Positions 25,176 to 32,000 of a DNA stretch of 32,000 nt are shown one piece after another. The notes under the pieces were generated by a model, which was given only the letters and a program-made list of their open reading frames with translations, ran no database searches and was not told the DNA's origin. Within the stretch, counting starts at the first letter, position 1. The number at the start of each line of letters is the position of its first letter. The position numbers and the translations under genes were made by a program. The DNA lies in assembly GCF_000039765.1 (NCBI RefSeq), contig NC_004459.3, positions 2,834,064 to 2,866,063 of the forward strand, read 5' to 3'. This stretch comes from Vibrio vulnificus CMCP6. GTDB taxonomy: Bacteria > Pseudomonadota > Gammaproteobacteria > Enterobacterales > Vibrionaceae.

Positions 25176-27521
25176 TTAACGAACATCAATCACTCGACTC
25201 GCTTTACGATATTGCACTCGCCAGCCGGAAAAACGAGGCAATTCCCAACGCTTAGGATCGCCTTTGCGGTTGCCGCCAGCGAAGACCACTTGCACCAACT
25301 TGCCAGCAGGAAAATATTCCACCGTCAGCTGTAAATCAGGCAAAGAGAGCGATAACGGAAATTGCTCAGCAAAATCCTTGTATTGCCAATCTGGGATCCC
25401 TCGATACGGGAAATCATGGCTTTCAAACAGTGCCATTTCATCCACTTCGTTCACTCCCATGGCATCAAGCTGCTCGCGTAACCATTGGTCAAAGTCCAGT
25501 AATCCGATGGGGCGTTGCTCTTCATTCAAGCCTAACGCACAATACAAGTGCCAATGCGTCATTTGTGTCGTGACAAACGCATAGAGATCCGGCAGCAACT
25601 GGCCTTTTTTTACCAGAGCAACGATGGTTTCAATGGCATCCTCTCCTTGAGGTTGTTCAAGCCTGCTCTCCACCACTCGACCAGCGTAAACCAGTTGCAT
25701 CTCCACTTCGACCGCATCGTTTGATGGGCGCGTTTCCCCTTGTCGCCACTCCCCTAACTCGAGTTCGTTAATCAAGGTCAACGGAGCGGGCATGATCACG
25801 CTGGCTAAGTTGAGCGTCTGTTTCACACCTTTCCCCGGCAAGCTATGGCTATCTAACACAAGAGCAAGCTCGTGTTTGTCAGAGAAACGGCTTTGGCGAC
25901 CGACCATCATTTCCATCTTTCCATTCCCCAACGCCTCACGTCGTTTGGTTCGGCGGATAAAGACCAACTCTGGATGCAAACGAGCGATCGCCTTAACCAG
26001 TTCAACCCGCGTGTATCTCGAACTCACTTCAAGATCGGGCAGTTCAAACAGATCGCGCATTTGTTGAGACAAGCCTCGCGCTTCCTCTAACGCCCCTTCA
26101 TCCACGATCACACCACTAAAGCGCTGACCACGAATGAGTTGAATCATTAACGTGGCGTCGCACTGTTGCGGCTCTTGTTCAAGTAGTGTCTCAACCTCTT
26201 CGCCACCCTTGATTTGATACAGCGCCGCAGGGACAGAGAGACCAGCGGCGAGATCAATCATCGCCTCTTTGAGTGCCTTGGTTGGCATGCGAGTGACAAG
26301 GTCGGCGTAAAGCGTGTCAACAGGTAAGGGATAGAGCTTTTGTCCGTGCTCGGTCACTTTGCCTTCGGCTGTGATGGCCTGCATGCCATTGAGTATCTTG
26401 TGTGCCTGCACAAGAGATTTCTCTGGCAAACCATCTAAAAACTCAAGCTCGGCCAAGCGATAGCCACAACACGCCGCTGCCAACATCGGCTCGCTGAGTT
26501 CTTCTCGCTGCAGTTCGGGGGGCGTGGCAAGTTCAAGTGGCGCGTGTTCACCGTACAGACGCAAACATTGGCCAGCCATAACACGACCAGCACGCCCTGC
26601 TCTTTGTGCCGCACTGGCCTTGGAAATATGGGAAAGGATCAAGGTTGTTCGACCATTTCGTTGTATGGTGCGTCGCTCTAAGCCACTGTCAATCACGGTG
26701 GTGATGTTCGGTATCGTCAGCGAGGTTTCCGCCACATTGGTCGCTAACACAACTTTGCGCTGGGCTTGCACGCTTAAAGCAATGCGTTTCTCTTCCTCTG
26801 ACACTGAGGCATGCAGCTTTGCCACAACCAAAGAGGGTTGTGCTTGCAACTGACTGGCAAGGTTTGAAATCTCTTTCCTGCCGGGTAAGAAAACTAAGAT
26901 ATCTTGCCCTTCGGTTTGTAACACTTCCTTGATTGCTGCCAACACGTCATGCTCACACTGTTTCTTGCTGGGCAAGAGGTGACTCTCTTTGGCTCGATAT
27001 TCGATGCTGACCGGGTAGCAGCGACCTTGAGATTGCAAACGTTCGGCATTGAGATATTTCGCCAGCTTTTCACCCGCCAACGTCGCTGAGGTTAAAACCA
27101 AGCGATGGTTATTTTGCGCTTTGAGCATCGCAGTGAGAAGATCCATGTCCCATCGACGCTCATGAAATTCATCAATGATAATGATATCAAACGCACTCAG
27201 ACCATCTTCCGCTAACCAACGTAACGCTACACCCGGCGTAACAAACACGATATTGGTCTGCGCGTCATAAGCGGCCTGAAGTTTGATCGCATACCCGACT
27301 TTACTCCCCAATGGCTGACCAGATTGCTCAGCCAAAAACTCAGCCAATGACGTACAAGCAATTCGCCTTGGTTCAATCACCAGCACTCGACCATGCTCTG
27401 CCGCCCACAATGGCAAGCGAGTGGATTTTCCTGAACCAGTTTCAGCTTCCACCACAAGATGCGTGTGGCCAAGGTGATGATCAAATTGCGCTTTGATGAT
27501 GTCGATAGGGAGTGTGGACAT
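25176..27521 (-). CDS. DExH-box (DEFH) ATP-dependent helicase, HrpA/HrpB-related
   Basis: 781 aa. Motif I ETGSGKST, motif II DEFHER, motif III SAT and motif VI QRAGRAGR are collinear with HrpB over the first ~450 aa. The C-terminal ~300 aa are not recognisable as the HrpB C-terminal domain. Confidence 0.85.
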   Translation of the reverse strand: MSTLPIDIIKAQFDHHLGHTHLVVEAETGSGKSTRLPLWAAEHGRVLVIEPRRIACTSLAEFLAEQSGQPLGSKVGYAIKLQAAYDAQTNIVFVTPGVALRWLAEDGLSAFDIIIIDEFHERRWDMDLLTAMLKAQNNHRLVLTSATLAGEKLAKYLNAERLQSQGRCYPVSIEYRAKESHLLPSKKQCEHDVLAAIKEVLQTEGQDILVFLPGRKEISNLASQLQAQPSLVVAKLHASVSEEEKRIALSVQAQRKVVLATNVAETSLTIPNITTVIDSGLERRTIQRNGRTTLILSHISKASAAQRAGRAGRVMAGQCLRLYGEHAPLELATPPELQREELSEPMLAAACCGYRLAELEFLDGLPEKSLVQAHKILNGMQAITAEGKVTEHGQKLYPLPVDTLYADLVTRMPTKALKEAMIDLAAGLSVPAALYQIKGGEEVETLLEQEPQQCDATLMIQLIRGQRFSGVIVDEGALEEARGLSQQMRDLFELPDLEVSSRYTRVELVKAIARLHPELVFIRRTKRREALGNGKMEMMVGRQSRFSDKHELALVLDSHSLPGKGVKQTLNLASVIMPAPLTLINELELGEWRQGETRPSNDAVEVEMQLVYAGRVVESRLEQPQGEDAIETIVALVKKGQLLPDLYAFVTTQMTHWHLYCALGLNEEQRPIGLLDFDQWLREQLDAMGVNEVDEMALFESHDFPYRGIPDWQYKDFAEQFPLSLSLPDLQLTVEYFPAGKLVQVVFAGGNRKGDPKRWELPRFSGWRVQYRKASRVIDVR

Positions 27522-27683
27522 AAAATTTCACTGCGTTTAAATGTGTTTCGGAGTATACCCTTAAACTTTCATCACAGGGGCGTACTCTGGTCATTTCTCT
27601 GTGATTCAGTATTAAAACGCTCGGACGTGGATGTTTGAATGCTGATATTTCGCGCATAAAGCAACTTTTTTTGTGCGTTTGAT

Positions 27684-27697
27684 TTGATGTATATCAA
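27684..27697. promoter_or_regulatory. Perfect FNR/CRP-family palindrome TTGAT-N4-ATCAA
   Basis: TTGATGTATATCAA lies 74 nt upstream of the preferred maeA ATG, in the maeA/helicase divergent spacer. Confidence 0.55.
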
Positions 27698-27770
27698 GCG
27701 CTATTTACAACCAATTAGTGAAGCCGTTATCATTTTTAGCGTTTCCTCAAAAACCCTACTAAGGCACCCA

Positions 27771-29459
27771 ATGAATAACGATAAACGCCCACTCTACATC
27801 CCGTTCGCGGGTCCGGCGCTACTGAGTACCCCATTACTAAACAAAGGCAGCGCTTTTTCAGCAGAAGAACGCATCTCTTTTAACCTTGAAGGTCTGCTTC
27901 CTGAAACCACGGAAACGATTCAAGAGCAGGTTGAACGCGCATACATGCAGTACAAAGCGTTCGAGAGTGACATGGATAAGCACATCTACCTGCGCAATAT
28001 CCAAGATACTAACGAAACCTTGTTCTATCGCTTGGTGCAAAATCACATCACTGAGATGATGCCGATCATTTACACCCCGACCGTGGGCGCGGCATGTGAA
28101 AACTTCTCCAATATTTACCGCCGTGGCCGTGGGTTATTCGTTTCTTACGCAAACCGTGATCGTATTGACGATATTCTGAACAATGCCTCTAACCATAACG
28201 TAAAAGTGATTGTGGTGACTGATGGTGAGCGTATTCTTGGTCTGGGTGACCAAGGTATCGGCGGCATGGGCATTCCTATCGGTAAGCTTTCTCTTTACAC
28301 CGCTTGTGGCGGGATCAGCCCAGCTTACACCTTGCCTATCGTGTTGGATGTCGGTACCAACAACCCACAACGCCTTGCTGACCCGATGTACATGGGCTGG
28401 CGTCACCCGCGTATTACCGGTGCAGATTACGACGCGTTTGTTGAAGAGTTCATTCAAGCGGTTCAACGTCGTTGGCCAGATGCACTTATTCAGTTTGAAG
28501 ACTTCGCACAGAAAAACGCGATGCCGCTACTTGAGCGTTACAAAAACCGCATTTGTTGCTTCAATGATGATATCCAAGGCACCGCGGCAGTAACGGTTGG
28601 CTCCTTGATGGCAGCGTGTCAAGCAGCTGGCAGCAAGCTCTCTGAGCAACGCATTACTTTCCTCGGCGCAGGTTCTGCCGGCTGTGGTATTGCCGAAGCG
28701 ATCATTGCACAAATGGTCTCGGAAGGTATTTCGGATAAGAAAGCGCGCTCTCAAGTTTTCATGGTTGACCGTTGGGGTTTATTGCAAGAAGGCATGCCGA
28801 ACCTGCTCGATTTCCAACAACGTCTGGTACAAAAACACAGCGTGACGGCGAAATGGGAAACCGAAGCCAATGGCTTCTCGCTACTTGATGTGGTGAAGAA
28901 CGCAAAACCAACTGTATTGATCGGGGTTTCTGGTGCTCCTGGCTTGTTTACTCAAGAAGTCATTCAAGAGATGCACAAGCACTGCCCTCGTCCAATCGTC
29001 TTCCCACTGTCTAACCCAACTAGCCGAGTAGAAGCGGTACCTGCGGATATCATTCGCTGGACAAACGGTGACGCATTGGTAGCCACTGGCAGCCCGTTCG
29101 ATCCTGTGATTCATGAAGGCAAAACCTACCCAATCGTACAGTGCAATAACAGTTACATCTTCCCGGGTATCGGTTTGGGTGTCTTGGCAGTTAACGCCAA
29201 ACGCGTCACAGACGAAATGTTGATGGAATCCAGCCGCGCATTGGCGACGTGTTCTCCGTTGGCAATCAATGGTAAAGGCGCGCTCCTGCCACCACTTGAA
29301 GAGATCCACACAGTATCAAAACGCATTGCCTACGCAGTGGCGAAAAAAGCCATCGAACAAGGTGTGGCGTTGGAAATTGCTGACGATGCGCTGCAAGTCG
29401 CTATTGAACAACATTTTTGGCAACCGGTATACCGCCGTTACAAACGCACAGCGTTTTAA
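27771..29459 (+). CDS. maeA: NAD-dependent malic enzyme
   Basis: 562 aa. The N-terminus [30 protein letters not shown], then [24 protein letters not shown] and GAGSAG, are as in SfcA/MaeA. The ATG at 27771 is preferred to the track's TTG at 27684. Confidence 0.95.
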   Translation: MNNDKRPLYIPFAGPALLSTPLLNKGSAFSAEERISFNLEGLLPETTETIQEQVERAYMQYKAFESDMDKHIYLRNIQDTNETLFYRLVQNHITEMMPIIYTPTVGAACENFSNIYRRGRGLFVSYANRDRIDDILNNASNHNVKVIVVTDGERILGLGDQGIGGMGIPIGKLSLYTACGGISPAYTLPIVLDVGTNNPQRLADPMYMGWRHPRITGADYDAFVEEFIQAVQRRWPDALIQFEDFAQKNAMPLLERYKNRICCFNDDIQGTAAVTVGSLMAACQAAGSKLSEQRITFLGAGSAGCGIAEAIIAQMVSEGISDKKARSQVFMVDRWGLLQEGMPNLLDFQQRLVQKHSVTAKWETEANGFSLLDVVKNAKPTVLIGVSGAPGLFTQEVIQEMHKHCPRPIVFPLSNPTSRVEAVPADIIRWTNGDALVATGSPFDPVIHEGKTYPIVQCNNSYIFPGIGLGVLAVNAKRVTDEMLMESSRALATCSPLAINGKGALLPPLEEIHTVSKRIAYAVAKKAIEQGVALEIADDALQVAIEQHFWQPVYRRYKRTAF

Positions 29460-29472
29460 TCCTAGTCAAAAC

Positions 29473-29496
29473 AGCCCTCTTCGCGAGGGCTTTTTT
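29473..29496 (+). terminator. Rho-independent terminator
   Basis: AGCCCTC (29473-29479) pairs with GAGGGCT (29485-29491), followed by TTTTTTG. Confidence 0.85.
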
Positions 29497-29592
29497 GACA
29501 GCAAAAATTCGAGATTTCACCAGAAATTGACTTCAACTCTTCTGTGACTTTCCGTTAAGATGTGGACTTAGAAAGATATGGAGTGATATGTC

Positions 29593-30330
29593 GTGTTTCA
29601 TCGCCTAGCCGGTTTGAAAAGTTGGATAAGTTTAAAACGGCTGATTGGGGGATCACTCGTTGCAATACTCTGCGCGATATTATTTGTCATTATCGTAGAC
29701 CGCTGGGTAAGCTTGCAGGCCTCCGACAAAATCATCACCAGCTATGATCAAGTGGAAGGTTTTGATGTCGCCGTAGTGCTAGGAACCAGTAAATACATCG
29801 GTCGCACACTCAATACTTACTACACACATCGCATTGATGCCGCCATTGAGCTTTACCGACAAAACAAAGTGCAACACTTGCTGCTGAGTGGCGACAACGC
29901 GCATCGCTCATACAATGAGCCGTGGACCATGAAACGAGATCTCCTCAAAGCAGGCGTACCCGAAACGAACATCCACCTCGACTACGCAGGTTTTCGTACC
30001 TTAGACTCCATTGTTCGCGCAAAGAAAATTTTTGCCTCCGATCATTTCCTCATCGTCACGCAACGTTTTCACTGTGAACGAGCCCTGTTTATTGCCAATG
30101 CTTATCAGATCAATGCACGCTGTTTGGCCGTTTCCGGCCCAAGTAACAGCAAGCAAATTTGGTCGATGCGCAGTCGAGAAGTACTGGCTCGCGTCAAAGC
30201 GTTTATCGATCTTTACGTCATTAACACACAACCTCGCTTCCTTGGTCCACAAGAGCCCATTGCGCTCGAACCATTAGAAACGCCTCTTTCTCAATCACCA
30301 GCAGAAGGGTCCGATTCCCTTTCTCAATAA
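29593..30330 (+). CDS. sanA: SanA/YdcF (DUF218) family inner-membrane protein
   Basis: An N-terminal TM helix is followed by VVLGTSKY, LLLSGDN..SYNEP, LDYAGFRTLDSIVRAKKIF and TQRFHCERALFIA, collinear with E. coli SanA. The GTG start has a GGAG 9 nt upstream; the exact start is uncertain. Confidence 0.85.
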   Translation: MFHRLAGLKSWISLKRLIGGSLVAILCAILFVIIVDRWVSLQASDKIITSYDQVEGFDVAVVLGTSKYIGRTLNTYYTHRIDAAIELYRQNKVQHLLLSGDNAHRSYNEPWTMKRDLLKAGVPETNIHLDYAGFRTLDSIVRAKKIFASDHFLIVTQRFHCERALFIANAYQINARCLAVSGPSNSKQIWSMRSREVLARVKAFIDLYVINTQPRFLGPQEPIALEPLETPLSQSPAEGSDSLSQ

Positions 30331-30535
30331 ATGGGTAGAAATCTACACCTTTTACTTTTTAAACCTCACAGTTTGTTATTACAACGTTAATTATCACCAA
30401 CACAATACCCACAAAACTCATAACATTCACGTAACGCAAGTCAGTATTTACGCCTCACATCTTTTTAAGTGGCATAGCCACTCAAGAAAAACAAAACAAT
30501 AACCCTACAGAGGCGAAGCAAAAGGAGCACATGCT

Positions 30536-31906
30536 ATGACCGCACTCGCTGTTACGTTAAAGAACTGGTTACTCACCAGAAACAGCATGATATTTATCGC
30601 TAATATCTTACTGTTCATTACTTTGATGACCACCTTACCTTTTGATCCTAAGGTGGTCGTTGGACTCAGTATCCTTGCTTTTGTCGCGGTACTTTGGCTT
30701 ACAGAAGCCATTCACGTTAGCATCACCGCGCTGCTCGTCCCGATGCTCGCCGTCTTCATGGGCGTTTTTGATACGCAAGCTGCGCTGAATAACTTCTCCA
30801 ACTCAATCATTTTCTTGTTTTTGGGTGGTTTTGCGCTTGCCGCAGCGCTACATAAACAGAAATTGGATCAAGCCATCGCAGATAAAGTGCTGATCCTAGC
30901 GAAAGGCAAGATGTCGACTGCGGTGTTTATGCTTTTTGGGGTTAGCGCCGGACTTTCAATGTGGATTTCGAACACCGCGACTACCGCCATGATGTTACCG
31001 CTTGTATTAGGGGTAATGAGCAAACTCGATAGAGAGAAAAGTCACAGTACTTACCTATTCGTTTTACTTGGTATTGCTTACTGCGCCTCGATTGGTGGTA
31101 TCGCCACACTAGTAGGTAGCCCACCAAACGCCATTGCCGCAGCGGAAGTTGGCCTTGATTTCACTGGCTGGATGAAACTTGGTCTCCCTATCACCATCTT
31201 GTTACTGCCAATTGCATTGATTGTGCTTTATTCAATGACCAAGCCAAACCTTAAGCACTCTTTTGAACTGGACCACACGCCAGTGGAATGGACCAACGGC
31301 AAGAAAATCACCCTTGCGATTTTCCTTGTAACGGTGTCACTGTGGATTTTCTCTAAGCCAGTCAATGCGATGTTAGGTGGCTTCAAGAGCTTTGATACCC
31401 TTGTGGCTATCGGCGCTATTGTCGCGCTGGGTGTTTCGCGTGCGGTGGAATGGAAAGACATCGAAAAAACAACCGATTGGGGCGTACTCATTCTGTTTGG
31501 TGGCGGCCTTTGTTTGAGCAACGTGTTAAAAGCGACAGGCACCAGTGTATTCCTTGCAGAAGGCTTAGGTGCATTCCTTGAGCAAGCTGGCATCTTGTTG
31601 ACCATTCTTGCTGTTGTCACCTTTGTGGTTTTCCTGACAGAGTTTGCAAGTAACACCGCCAGCGCTGCGCTTCTGGTACCTGTATTTGCCACGATTGCAG
31701 AAGCACTAGGGCTATCACCTGTTGTACTTTCTGCTTTGATCGCCATCTCTGCGTCTTGTGCCTTTATGTTGCCAGTGGCGACACCGCCGAACGCCATTGT
31801 TTTTGCAACAGGGCATATCAAGCAAAAAGAGATGATGCGTATTGGTATGGTACTAAACATCGTATGTATCGCCGCTCTGACTCTATTCGCAACGATGTTC
31901 TGGTAA
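30536..31906 (+). CDS. DASS (SLC13) family sodium-coupled anion / di- or tricarboxylate symporter
   Basis: 456-aa polytopic protein. The two SNT hairpin-tip motifs ([12 protein letters not shown] and [12 protein letters not shown]) are characteristic of DASS transporters. AAGGAG SD 8 nt upstream. Confidence 0.85.
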   Translation: MTALAVTLKNWLLTRNSMIFIANILLFITLMTTLPFDPKVVVGLSILAFVAVLWLTEAIHVSITALLVPMLAVFMGVFDTQAALNNFSNSIIFLFLGGFALAAALHKQKLDQAIADKVLILAKGKMSTAVFMLFGVSAGLSMWISNTATTAMMLPLVLGVMSKLDREKSHSTYLFVLLGIAYCASIGGIATLVGSPPNAIAAAEVGLDFTGWMKLGLPITILLLPIALIVLYSMTKPNLKHSFELDHTPVEWTNGKKITLAIFLVTVSLWIFSKPVNAMLGGFKSFDTLVAIGAIVALGVSRAVEWKDIEKTTDWGVLILFGGGLCLSNVLKATGTSVFLAEGLGAFLEQAGILLTILAVVTFVVFLTEFASNTASAALLVPVFATIAEALGLSPVVLSALIAISASCAFMLPVATPPNAIVFATGHIKQKEMMRIGMVLNIVCIAALTLFATMFW

Positions 31907-32000
31907 ACATCAATGAGCACTACAACTGCAGGTTAGAGAATACTCTGCACCCTCACTTCCCCCGGGTGGATCTGTAGTTTCCACGCTTTGGTGGCCTTTC

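Noticed and set aside
27684-27770. N-terminal extensions offered by the ORF track: maeA from 27684, NAD-binding protein from 18095, cobU from 15959, rlmF from 5265, glutaredoxin-like from 5738, btuC from 11459, MazG-like from 8995
   Set aside because: The extensions start at non-ATG codons or overlap upstream genes, terminators or operators, and they lack an SD. The internal ATGs match the family N-termini and have better ribosome-binding sites or coupling.
31228-31920. 230-aa ORF antisense to the DASS transporter, plus similar antisense ORFs at 10635-11455 (btuC), 13155-14095 (pepF), 247-657 and 2064-2474
   Set aside because: All lie fully inside, and antisense to, genes with strong family signatures. 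They have low-complexity or Arg/Ser/Thr-rich translations typical of shadow frames.
1-32000. Search for mobile elements, integron attC/VCR repeats, CRISPR arrays, tRNA/rRNA genes, prophage or defence-island signatures
   Set aside because: I found no transposase, integrase or recombinase ORFs, no long terminal inverted repeats, no regularly spaced direct repeats and no cloverleaf-like segments. Composition is even and the content is housekeeping throughout.

Overview
This window reads as ordinary core chromosome of a Vibrio-type gammaproteobacterium. The protein sequences look V. cholerae-clade to me, but that is recognition only and no search was run. I support 31 protein-coding genes; the first is cut by the window edge. 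I saw no tRNA or rRNA genes, IS elements, integron cassettes, prophage genes or CRISPR arrays.

Gene content:
- Housekeeping genes: metA, rlmF, sbcB, sulA, purC, maeA, sanA, pldA and an lrgAB-like pair.
- A LysR regulator divergent from an MFS transporter.
- A 10-kb co-directional minus-strand block for corrinoid uptake and salvage. Its order is cobT-cobS-cobU-cobC-pepF, then astE, then btuC-btuD.

Four textbook operators are readable directly:
- tandem MetJ boxes before metA
- a LexA box over the sulA promoter
- a PurR box before purC
- a perfect TTGAT-N4-ATCAA (FNR-type) palindrome before maeA

I did not find a clear novel multi-gene system such as a defence island or secretion locus. The observations most worth a second look are:
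1. An M3 oligoendopeptidase is packed as a fifth cistron into the cobTSUC operon, behind a 250-nt leader that looks like a degenerate cobalamin riboswitch.
2. A terminator-bounded locus at 17973-18098 encodes either a 29-aa very basic peptide or a small RNA.
3. A 27-aa hydrophobic ORF and a cluster of LexA-half-site-like repeats sit in the unusually long spacer upstream of sulA.
4. A DUF45 metallohydrolase, rlmF and a 71-aa membrane protein form a translationally coupled unit.
5. A DExH helicase has an Hrp-type core but an unrecognised C-terminal third.

All functional calls come from motif and sequence recognition by eye. No database search or folding computation was possible.
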